Assembly (NCBI GenBank): GCA_043228905.1
Contig: JBHGNT010000014.1
Location: 12,276,001 to 12,340,000 of the forward strand
Origin: Azolla caroliniana
Lineage: Eukaryota; Plantae; Polypodiophyta
Reading direction: 5' to 3'
DNA: 64,000 nt
Below, piece after piece: positions 39,401-49,594 of the stretch. The notes beneath the pieces are model-generated. The model had not been told where the DNA came from. It worked only from the letters and a program-made list of their open reading frames with translations, and did not search any database. Position 1 is the first letter of the stretch, and each line of letters opens with the position of its first letter. The translations under genes and the position numbers were made by a program.

Positions 39401-40012
39401 CACTATTCTCGGATCGACGCACCCTATCTCCCTTGATGTAAATGCAAACGCTTTGCCGTGTTGCTCCAACATCTCGCGAAACCGTTCTTTTTCTTTTTGT
39501 AATAGGAACCCACCTCCACCGATCCGAAGTTTCTTCCGGGTCTCATCCATGAAGGCCTGTCTGATATCCACGAACTTCCGAAGTGTCGGATCTCCCGAGA
39601 CTTCTTTCCTCTTTTGTTCGCTATCGGCGGGTAGTGGTCCCGCGGCCGGTTTCACCTTCTTCTCCACGGTCCTGTATTTCGTACTTACCATTGCTTCTTC
39701 TTTGCGGAGCGTATCCGGCTCCATTTTCGCAATGATCTCGTACATCTCGACCGATTCCACCGGGACTACCCGGTTCCTTGGCTTTTATCTTCCGCAAGCT
39801 CTTCAAGTCGTTGTAGCGTGCTCCCATAGAACACTTCTTCGACTATCCCCATGATTTCTTCATCTTCTTTTATTATTGATGCCGACCGCAACTTATCCTC
39901 CACTTGTCGGTATCCTTTCTTCAATCCTCCGGTTACGGTCGTGTACGTAGATGCCCCATCCGGACCGATTCGTACATGTTTTGCTCCGAGAGTTTTCTTC
40001 CTGTGTGGGGTA
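36486..40012 (-). pseudogene. Family A RT-RNase H-integrase (frameshifted)
   Basis: FLDD RT motif; ETDCLP; HESDWAGH..CEKC Zn finger; AYNPKANGKIERGH; WFGPY. Confidence 0.9.
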
Positions 40013-40306
40013 TCAGGTGTCATAACTAGACTCGAACCCATAACCTTTTGTTATACGGGTCGAGACTTTACCATTAGGTTATGAATTGTAATTTGAAGGA
40101 TATTATTTTCATTTAGGTTTTATTGGGAAATTGATGTATATTCCAGATTTCTCTGGAACATTCTAGAAACTTCAGGAGTATTCCTGAAGACACTATAAAA
40201 GAGGTGCAAGGCATTAGTTCGAACCAAATCGGTTCAACGCCAGTCTTAAGCCTTCTAACTACTGTTGTATATCTTCCTTCATATAATACATATATCTTTC
40301 GCATCA

Positions 40307-40350
<44 letters not shown>

Positions 40351-40567
40351 ACTTATTCCTTCTCTCAAAGTTCGACACCTCTCATAGTACTAATCCTTCT
40401 CTGTCTTAGTACTATTCCCCAACAATAGTACTAATCCTTCTTTTAGTACTAATTCCTTCTCTGCCTTAATAGAGTTCCTGACAGTTTGAACCGATTTTTG
40501 GGTGCCTGTCTGGTCTTTTCTCTCCCTCCTTTCCTACTAGTCTCTTATTTCCCTTTTCCTTCATCTC

Positions 40568-41737
40568 ATGGCCACCGTTAGCGCTGAAGAGTATCAATCC
40601 GTTTTCTCGGAATTTCAATGCTTGAAAGAGAAGTTTCATGCTTTGGAACAAGAAAATCAACGCTTGTTGGGGGATCTTCAGCAAATTTCCTTAGAAAAGC
40701 AGCAAACGCAACAACAGCATGGGGAACTTGCGTTACGCGTGCAACAACTCGAAGCAACCATCGTAGCAATGCAACAACAAGGGCACGGAGCACAAGGGAT
40801 TCATAAAGAACCCAAGATTGGCCTTCCCACGAAGTTCGATGGAACGCGATCGCAGTTTAGAGGGTTTCTTAACCAGGTACGGTTAGTTATTCAAATGCAT
40901 CCGTCCCGATATCCCACCGATGCATCACGAGTGGGTTTAGTAGGCACGTTGTTAAATGGCTCAGCATTAGCATGGTTCGCTCCGCTACTAGAAAAGGAAT
41001 CTCCAGTACTAAATAATTTTGAAGAATTCATAAGTGAGTTTAAAGCATGTTTTGGAGATACTGACAGCATAAGGACTGCAATCAACAAAATCCGGCGATT
41101 ACGCCAAGGTGACCGTCCAGCCTCCGCATATGCTGCAGATTTCCGCCTACTCGCCGCCGATATCCCCTGGGATGATCAAGCATTGATGGAGCAGTTCCGC
41201 TATGGTCTACGCAACGATGTCAAGGATTTACTCTTGACTTTCCCTGAAGAGCCAAAATCATTAACAGAAGCAATCAGTCGAGCGGTCAGATGTGACAACC
41301 GCCTCTTCGAGCGACGTTCGGAACGACAATTTCAGATGCCGAGGGCAAGATCCGAGCCTACCTATGCCTCAGTGGTAGCAAAACCTTTTCAAAGGGAGTC
41401 ACATAATGCGCCTCCAGTAAGTACTCCAACTCCAATGGAAATTGACACTACACGTCGTCGTGGGCCGCTATCGGAGGAGGAAAAGCAACGACGCCGAACA
41501 AACCGATTATGCCTTTATTGCGGTGGACCAGGGCATATCGCGATAAACTGTCCCCATAGACCAAGAAGGCAGGTAAACCAAGTCGTTGTTAGTTCTGACT
41601 ATACTAAACCTGAGTCTATTTCAGTAGGAATCTCTGATAGTCCTCATAGTCATAATAGTCCTAATAGTACTAATAGTCCGAATCTCGCAAACAAATTTGA
41701 TGTCCTTAGCCAATTAGAAGAAGAGTTAAACGACTAA
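40568..41737 (+). CDS. gag: Chromovirus Gag (coiled coil, capsid, Zn knuckle), 389 aa
   Basis: PTKFDGTR; LRQG..ASAYAADF; PTPMEID; CLYCGGPGHIAINC. Confidence 0.93.
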   Translation: MATVSAEEYQSVFSEFQCLKEKFHALEQENQRLLGDLQQISLEKQQTQQQHGELALRVQQLEATIVAMQQQGHGAQGIHKEPKIGLPTKFDGTRSQFRGFLNQVRLVIQMHPSRYPTDASRVGLVGTLLNGSALAWFAPLLEKESPVLNNFEEFISEFKACFGDTDSIRTAINKIRRLRQGDRPASAYAADFRLLAADIPWDDQALMEQFRYGLRNDVKDLLLTFPEEPKSLTEAISRAVRCDNRLFERRSERQFQMPRARSEPTYASVVAKPFQRESHNAPPVSTPTPMEIDTTRRRGPLSEEEKQRRRTNRLCLYCGGPGHIAINCPHRPRRQVNQVVVSSDYTKPESISVGISDSPHSHNSPNSTNSPNLANKFDVLSQLEEELND

Positions 41738-41763
41738 GTCCAGCCAAAATAGGAGCCGTTTGG

Positions 41764-44700
41764 TTGGACAGCCCTCGATCTGTGCAGCCCATTAGTGGTT
41801 CCATTCCCTCTAAGCAAGTTAGTGATGTGTTCATAGCCCAAGTAGCAGTTAGAACTAAAAGTACCCCTCCAGTACATACCTTAGCCCTTCTAGATTCCGG
41901 AGCTAATTCTTGCTTCATGGATAGGAATTTTGCCCGAGCTCATCAGATATCTCTCAGAAAGCTCCCATGTCCAGCCTCAGTAGTAGTCATTGATGGTCGT
42001 CCCATTGCTTCTGGTAATATCATAGAAGAGTCGGAACCCGTTAATATTGTCCTAGATAACTTAACATGTGTAGTATCATTTAATATTATTAGTATTCCAG
42101 AACATCCCATAGTTTTAGGATTACCATGGTTCGAGTTACATAACCCAGACATAGATTGGAGGACAAGGGAAATCCGGTTGCGACAAACCCAAGGATCTAC
42201 CCAGAAGGTTGCAACCATTTCGCTACGTCAGTTGCGTGAGGAAGGGCGCAAGGAGGAAATGTTTCTCTTCGCAATATCAATACAACCCTCCAGCACCACC
42301 AAAGAGGAGTCCACCGTTCAACTTCCCGAGAAGTATCGTCAGTATGCTGATGTGTTCGATAAAGTACAAGCCAACACACTTCCTCATCATCGGCCGTACG
42401 ATTGCGCCATCGACTTACAACCGGGAAAAGAGCCGCCATGGGGGCCGATCTACAATTTGTCACCAACCGAGCTAGAAGTCCTTCGAGCCTATATAGAGGA
42501 GAATTTGGAGAACGGTTTCATTCGGCATTCGAAATCTCCAGCCGGCGCACCCATTTTCTTCGTCAAGAAAAAAGATGGCTCGCTTCGACTCGTTGTAGAT
42601 TACCGTGGCTTGAATAAGGTCACAGTAAGAAATAGGTATGCTCTTCCCCTTATCTCAAGTCTTTTAGAACGGATCAACGGTGCCAGGTTCTTCACGAAGA
42701 TCGACTTACGAGGAGCCTATAACCTCGTACGGATCCGACCAGGAGATGAATGGAAGACCGCGTTTCGCACCAGATATGGGCACTTCGAGTATACGGTCAT
42801 GCCGTTCGGACTCACTAATGCGCCGGCAGTCTTCCAGCACATGGCGAATGATATATTTCGAGATCTCTTGGATGATTTTTTGATCATCTATTTGGATGAT
42901 CTACTGGTTTATTCAAAGACCCAAGAAGAACATGATTCTCATGTACTATTAGTACTAAAACGACTTCGAGAACATGGTCTGTATGCAAAGTTAGAGAAAT
43001 GTAGTTTCGGGTGCAACCAAGTGGAATTTCTCGGCTATGTCATCTCCTCAGAAGGCATATCTATGGACCCAGCCAAGGTCAAAACGGTGATAGAATGGCA
43101 CACTCCGCATTCGGTGCGGGATGTGCAATGCTTCCTAGGCTTTGCAAATTTTTACCGGAAGTTCATACAAAATTACTCAAAAATTGTGCTGCCTCTCACA
43201 CAGCTCACCAGGAAGGGACAATCATTCATTTCGTCTAAAGAGAAGGACATGGCTTTCGAGAGTCTTAAGAAGGCGTTTACATCAGCTCCAATTTTAGGTC
43301 ATGTGGATCCGGAAAAACCATTCATTATCGAAGCCGACGCATCGGATTTCGCATTGGGGAGCATTCTGTCACAACAGGGTAACGATGAGAAGCTACATCC
43401 TGTGGCTTTCCACTCCCGTAAGTTTGACGCCGCCGAAATCAACTACGAAATTCATGATAAAGAGCTATTAGCAATAGTTGATTCTTTTATGCAATGGAGG
43501 CATTTCCTGGAGGGATCTCCTCATCAGGTCACTATATTCAGTGACCACAAGAACCTTGCCTACTTTCAAGATGCTCGTGTACTGAATCGACGTCAAGCTC
43601 GGTGGGCCCACTTCCTCACACGCTTCGACTTCAAAATTACATATCGTCCGGGGAAGCACCAAGGGAAGGCAGATGCATTATCACGGCGTTCGTATCTAAC
43701 ACCACGTCCCGGTGAGCCAGCTTTCGATAACCAGAAGCAAGTAATCTTGGGTCCAGCACGACTGCAAGCAGCACAGGTCTTTGACATGCCCGTGGATTCC
43801 GACATTACCAATACTATACGTGAGGACTTGAAGACTGACGCTTTCGCCCAAGCTATACTAGCACAAATTGACCCCTCTCGAGCGTCATGTTCACAATCAC
43901 AATCACCAGGTACGGATTATCGGCAATTCAAATACTGTGATGGATTACTCTTCTTTAAAGAACTTTTGTATGTTCCTAATGGTTCTTGCCGCCTTCGAGT
44001 AGTACAAAATTGCCATGACACATATACAGCAGGACATTTTGGTAGTACTAAAACATTAGATTTAGTACAACGATCATTCTGGTGGCCCCGTATGCGACAA
44101 TTTGTCGAAGATTTTGTTCGGACTTGCGATACATGCTGCAGAGCGAAAATGCCAAGACATCATCCATATGGTTTATTAGAACCATTACCAATTCCAAGCA
44201 AGCCATGGCAATCCATTGCTCTTGACTTCATTACAGATCTTCCAGTCTCTAAGGGATTCAGTGCGATTCTCACAGTGGTGGATCGATATACGAAGATGGC
44301 TCATTTCTTACCATGTACTAAAGAAATATCTAGTGAAGACACCGCCGAAGTTGTCATGCGGGAAGTATGTCGGCATCATGGACTCCCTGATAATATCATC
44401 AGCGATCGTGGACCCCAGTTTGTGTCAAAATTCTGGAAGCACCTTTTTAAAATGCTGAAGGTCACTTGTAACCTCTCCTCCGGCTACTACCCACAAACCG
44501 ACGGTCAAGCCGAACGAACAAATCAAACACTGGAGCAGTATCTGCGGTGCTTTCTCAACTATCATCAGAATGACTGGGCAGATATTCTTCAGTTCGCCGA
44601 ATTTGCCTATAATAACGCTATCCACGCATCGACTAAAGTCACGCCATTCTACGCTTATACGGGATATCATCCCCGGTGGTGTGTCCTTGAAACCCCAGAA

Positions 44701-45321
44701 GTGTCCACAAATCCTTGCGCGGAGGATCGTTTGGAGCGGTTACGCAAGATACAAGCGGATTTATCTACTCAACTCCAGCAAGCTCAACAATCACACAAGG
44801 ACTACGCAGATCGTCATCGACTTCCATCCAGTTTTAACATTGGAGATCGGGTGTGGCTGCTACGACGACACATCAAGACTACTCGCCCATGTGAGAAGTT
44901 GGATTATCGGCGATTAGGTCCTTTCCGTATTATCGGGAAGATTAATGATGTCGCTTTTCATCTCGAGCTACCTCCGCAACTTCGGATACATCCGGTGTTT
45001 CATAGTTCTCTCCTCGAACCCTATCACGAGAGCACTATCCCAGGACGTACTATACAACCACCACCTCCTATCGAGCTCGAAGATGGACCTGAGTATGAGG
45101 TCGCTGCCATCCTCGATTCCAAGATTGTTCGCAACAAGCTCTACTATCTAGTCGATTGGCTAGGATATAGTCCCAGCGAGCGTACTTGGGAACCGATCGA
45201 GAATGTGACCAATGCTCGTGCTCTTCTAGAAGACTTCCATCGACGATATCCCGAGAAACCGGGTCCTCAATCCAAAACGACTCGTGGAACTCGTTGTTTT
45301 AAAGGGGGGATAGTGTCATAA
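41764..45321 (+). CDS. pol: Chromovirus Pol (PR-RT-RH-IN-chromodomain), in the -1 frame relative to gag
   Basis: LLDSGA; YLDD; DASDF; HHCC Zn finger; YPQTDGQAER; GPF; chromodomain EYEVAAILDSK..YLVDWLGY..TWEP. Uninterrupted 1185-codon ORF. Confidence 0.96.
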   Translation: MDSPRSVQPISGSIPSKQVSDVFIAQVAVRTKSTPPVHTLALLDSGANSCFMDRNFARAHQISLRKLPCPASVVVIDGRPIASGNIIEESEPVNIVLDNLTCVVSFNIISIPEHPIVLGLPWFELHNPDIDWRTREIRLRQTQGSTQKVATISLRQLREEGRKEEMFLFAISIQPSSTTKEESTVQLPEKYRQYADVFDKVQANTLPHHRPYDCAIDLQPGKEPPWGPIYNLSPTELEVLRAYIEENLENGFIRHSKSPAGAPIFFVKKKDGSLRLVVDYRGLNKVTVRNRYALPLISSLLERINGARFFTKIDLRGAYNLVRIRPGDEWKTAFRTRYGHFEYTVMPFGLTNAPAVFQHMANDIFRDLLDDFLIIYLDDLLVYSKTQEEHDSHVLLVLKRLREHGLYAKLEKCSFGCNQVEFLGYVISSEGISMDPAKVKTVIEWHTPHSVRDVQCFLGFANFYRKFIQNYSKIVLPLTQLTRKGQSFISSKEKDMAFESLKKAFTSAPILGHVDPEKPFIIEADASDFALGSILSQQGNDEKLHPVAFHSRKFDAAEINYEIHDKELLAIVDSFMQWRHFLEGSPHQVTIFSDHKNLAYFQDARVLNRRQARWAHFLTRFDFKITYRPGKHQGKADALSRRSYLTPRPGEPAFDNQKQVILGPARLQAAQVFDMPVDSDITNTIREDLKTDAFAQAILAQIDPSRASCSQSQSPGTDYRQFKYCDGLLFFKELLYVPNGSCRLRVVQNCHDTYTAGHFGSTKTLDLVQRSFWWPRMRQFVEDFVRTCDTCCRAKMPRHHPYGLLEPLPIPSKPWQSIALDFITDLPVSKGFSAILTVVDRYTKMAHFLPCTKEISSEDTAEVVMREVCRHHGLPDNIISDRGPQFVSKFWKHLFKMLKVTCNLSSGYYPQTDGQAERTNQTLEQYLRCFLNYHQNDWADILQFAEFAYNNAIHASTKVTPFYAYTGYHPRWCVLETPEVSTNPCAEDRLERLRKIQADLSTQLQQAQQSHKDYADRHRLPSSFNIGDRVWLLRRHIKTTRPCEKLDYRRLGPFRIIGKINDVAFHLELPPQLRIHPVFHSSLLEPYHESTIPGRTIQPPPPIELEDGPEYEVAAILDSKIVRNKLYYLVDWLGYSPSERTWEPIENVTNARALLEDFHRRYPEKPGPQSKTTRGTRCFKGGIVS

Positions 45322-45602
45322 CTAGACTCGAACCCATAACCTTTTGTTATACGGGTCGAGACTTTACCATTAGGTTATGAATTGTAATTTGAAGGATATT
45401 ATTTTCATTTAGGTTTTATTGGGAAATTGATGTATATTCCAGATTTCTCTGGAACATTCTAGAAACTTCAGGAGTATTCCTGAAGACACTATAAAAGAGG
45501 CGCAAGGCATTAGTTCGAACCAAATCGGTTCAACGCCAGTCTTAAGCCTTCTAACTACTGTTGTATATCTTCCTTCATATAATACATATATCTTTCGCAT
45601 CA

Positions 45603-45648
<46 letters not shown>

Positions 45649-45786
45649 ACTTATTCCTTCTCTCAAAGTTCGGCACCTCTCATAGTACTAATCCTTCTCT
45701 GTCTTAGTACTATTCCCCAACAATAGTACTAATCCTTCTTTTAGTACTAATTCCTTCTCTGCCTTAATAGAGTTCCTGACATCAGG

Positions 45787-47775
45787 GCTTCTTGGACTAT
45801 CACTTCCCCACTCCGCAATAGTCCGCTTTAAAAATCCATTCTCACTTGGGACAAGAGTTCCCTCTTGTTCCTTTCGTGATTTGCCGGCACCGTTAGGAAT
45901 TGGACGGATTTCCCACCGTTTTGGCTCCGAATCCGCGCAAAAGCCGCACCGCTATCGAGCACCTTCGTCTCTATCCGTGATGCCGTGATAAAGGGTTGGC
46001 CGAGGATGACGGATTGTGAAACCTCATCTTGCACAAAGAAATTTTGGTCGATCTCGACATCCCTGATCTTCACCGTCACATCCGGACAAGGCGCAAATAG
46101 ATCTTCCGTTGCTTTGGTGGCCGCCCGAATGTTCCATCCATGGTTGGTGTTAATAGGCCACTTCCCCTTCCGGTAGAACTCCTTGGACATCAAGTTGATC
46201 TCTGATCCATGATCAATCAATGCTAGCACGGGTTCTTTGATGTTGCCAATTCGGACCGGAGTCTCTGTAGTCGCGCGTGCCCAATGTGGCCTTGTATAAT
46301 GGGAGTTTGGAATTTCGTCCTCCACTTCGGTGTCCTCCACTTTTTCGCTTCACGAGATCCACGAGAAGATCGTGGAACTCCTTCTTTGCTATTCCGAGTA
46401 GCTCCCGAAGCGAGAAATCTACCCGGCTATCCAAGATCCTTTCCTCGAACACTCTTTTCAAGTCGGTTTGTTGTTCTATGTCCGAGGCGAGCTTGAATGC
46501 CGGAGTCGCCTTTTCTTTTCCCTTACCTCCGGAGTTCCAACTTTCCGGTATCTTCGATGGCCCGCCCGCATCCTCCGTGCGTCGTCGTTTCTTGTCCACA
46601 TACACCTTATGCAATTGACACAGGGCGTATACGCTATTCTTGTCGACAGGGCACTCCCATCCAGTAGCTTCCCGGACGCCTTCCGCGGTGCTTCGGATCT
46701 CGTTGGAGTCGGTTTTCTCGGTGTTTTCTAGAACTTCCGGCCAAAAAGACGTCTTTGCTCACGATGACTCCCCGACACATATTCCCGCGGTTGTCGCATA
46801 GTTGCTTCTTGCTGCCAATTCCTCCTCGAGCACCTTCTTCATGCCGCCTTTCCGGAAGTTCGGTCAGAGTGGCTTCCGAGAGTCCATCGAATGAATCCGG
46901 TTTCCCTCGTAGTAGATGAGATCCCGCCGTAGCGCCTCCTTATGCTCGTCGCAATCCCTCCGATCGTGTTCGGCGCTATCGCACCATATGCACCGTCGGT
47001 CCATATACTTGGAGCTTGTGGGGCGGTCATCCGACTTCTTCACCATCGCGATCTTCAGATTCTCCATCTCCTTCAATAGTTGCTCCACCGTAGATGCATC
47101 AATCCCCTTCTCGGTTGTAGTCTCCCGAGCCCTCGGTTGATGGTCTTCCAATCCGGTTCTCGGTTTCGGAATCGGTTCTGAAACCCTCTTTTCCTCGTTG
47201 GCAAGCCATTGCCCCCTCTTCGTGTATCGCGCGACGATATCCCACATGCTTTCCCATGTTTCGGTGAGGCCACTCTCCGTGGTCGTGTCCTCCAAGAGCA
47301 CTCCGAGATCTTTCCGGTTCCGGATACCGTGATGTCTCGCGGACAACCTCCCGAACCGGCTTTCGAATGCCGAAAACACATCAACGACCTTCAATCCCTT
47401 GTCCGGCGTCTCCACCCAATCTTTGAATCCCCTTCGCGTCGCCTTGGAGGAATCCTCGATGGCAAACGTCCTCTTTAGCTCTTCTTCAAATGCCTCCCAT
47501 GTCGGATTTTGTTGTCATATCCCATGGATGCTTGCTTGAAGCGCGTTGGTCGCCACCCGGTTGAAGGACGTCACTTGCAGTCCTTCCGATATTCCGCACC
47601 GTAGCATCTTTGCATTGTAGTCCCGAAGATACTGCGACACGTCTTTCCCGTTGAATTGCCCATTTCGTTGCACGAGACGCTCCACTGATGCCGCTATCTC
47701 CGACATCGCGCGTTGTTCTTGTAGCATGCGCTCGAACATCATCATCATGTTGCTAGCCTCCGGTTGATTTTCCAT
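45787..47775 (-). pseudogene. Family A gag-protease (frameshifted)
   Basis: MENQPEAS..FNGKDVS; CIWCDSAEHDRRDC; LIDHGSEIN; ends MDF-stop. Confidence 0.88.
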
Positions 47776-49594
47776 CTCCTTGCCACCCGGTTTTTCATGT
47801 CGGGTTCACCAACTGTGTCGTGCCTTTCGGCTCCGTATCGTTGCGTGAGTCGGGTGGGAACCGTCAAGGTTTTGGACTAGGAGGAAGAGGAATACAACTT
47901 AAGGCTAGTTATGAATAGTGGAAAGAGAAGTAAGATAGCAATCTCGTGAATCCCACGAGTTTAGTGTATTTAAAACAATATTTAGATTATAAGAGTAATT
48001 TAGATGGCAAAATTTGTGAATCCCACGAATATATTAGATTGATCAATCCTTGTATATTAATCAACAACCTTATACATATTTCTCTCCTCCTTATATAAAG
48101 ATGGAAGAGGCTAAGCATGGCTTCATGCTTTTTCACCAAAAGTGTCCATGCACACTAAATGTGCATGTGATGCTTTGTCATTTCCTAAGTATAGGGCTCA
48201 TGCACGCTAGATGTGCATGAGTCACTTTTAATGTCACGTGTAAATAAAATATTCACACCCTAAGGAATACATGATTTTTACCTTTTTATAAAGGTATGTG
48301 TAAATAAAGGTCTTATACGTATTAAATCTATATGTATAACACTAAAGATAAGTTATTATAATGGTAAGGTTGAAGTTTATCTACGTGGAGGTGTAGGGTT
48401 CAAATCTTGCCCTATGCATGTGATAAATATTTTGATATATTATTTATTTATTTATATGTATCTAAAATCGGATATATTATTTTATGGTTTTCATGTAGTG
48501 TGTGGAATACACTACGACAACGTGGCTTGCGGCTTGCTCCCATGTCGCGTATCCGGGAGCCGTGTCGATGGGTCGGTCTTCATGCGCTCCTTTGATGTAG
48601 CTCCAATAGCCTTGTCCGACAAGGTATTGGTGCATCTTGTACTCCCAAGATGCGAAGTTGTTTCAATCCAACTTCTCAGTAGGGAGAGTGCTCCCCATTT
48701 GAGTATTCATTATGTCAATTTTTCTTCTTCTTCTTCTCTCTTCGAATGCGAGCTATGTAGCGAAGCTACGATAGTGATGAGTTGGTTCTTGGTCATCATC
48801 GTGGAGCACAACACACGATGACGATGAGGCAAATGGGCTAGATCGAACTACCAAATTGCTCTGATACCATGTGAAGAATCAAGAGATGGATTCTTGTGAA
48901 GCGGAAGAGATATAAGTTATGTGTGTGTATGAGAGAGAGAGAGAGTGAGAGAGAGAGACAAGGAATAAGACACAGAGAATACGCAAGGTAAGAGTATATT
49001 AACAAAGGAGAAAGACTCAACATTTTACAAGGTGGGAGGAGGGTGCTTTATATAGTCATCCTCTCTCTCTACATTAACTACAAGACTCATGGAGCATGGG
49101 GAATGTGAAAGCTCATAAGTTATGTGTCATAGAATATGATTCTATGACTCATGCTAAATGCTAGAATACAAAGTGGTGACATAATGGTGACTCTTGACCG
49201 TTGGAGTGTCTATTCACTCTCAAGGTGAGTTCACACACTAGACCAAGTTGAGCTTGATTCTCAACACTAATTAATCTTACACGTGTATTACGATCATTAA
49301 CAGTGCCGGTTAGTAACCGGTTAAGACCCATTCGATACCACGATTTATCCATATCTCCCCGTACCACCCTTTGGTGAAGTGTTCCATAGGGACATCCTAT
49401 GTTAGGGCTTGTCTAGCCTAATGGATAAAATGTACAGAGTGTTATTATTTTGAATTGAGTTTATGCTTTCTGCTCTCTTTGCCTCTCTCGTGTATTCTCT
49501 ATTCTTAAGCATCCATTAAACCTTCATTCTCAGTTTTATTGCAGCAATCCCGATGGGCCGGTTTATCTACAACCTTCTGCACGCTATTCTTAAC

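Larger units (their letters stand above)
40018..45781 (+). mobile_element. Intact Tcn1-like chromovirus (Ty3/gypsy); LTRs 40018-40483 and 45314-45781
   Basis: Near-identical TG..CA LTRs; TSD TCAGG (40013-40017 / 45782-45786); PPT aaaggggggatag; no tRNA PBS, self-complementary PBS instead. Confidence 0.96.
34904..48519 (-). mobile_element. tRNA-Trp-primed Ty3/gypsy element (family A) inserted in copia C gag; LTRs 34904-35607 (chimeric), 36350-36485 (remnant) and 47816-48519
   Basis: 704-bp LTRs TGTCGT..ACGACA; TSD ACGT; PBS (plus-strand catgtcgggttcacca) at ~47796-47811; PPT (plus-strand ctcgccccctc) at 36486. Confidence 0.92.
30100..49266 (-). mobile_element. Ty1/copia element (family C) hosting nested gypsy insertions; LTRs 30100-30493 and 48870-49266, duplicate LTR 35959-36349
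   Basis: TSD CTAAT (30095-30099 / 49267-49271); iMet PBS (plus-strand gctctgatacca) next to the 5' LTR; PPT (plus-strand caccccctcaagct) at 30494. Confidence 0.93.
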
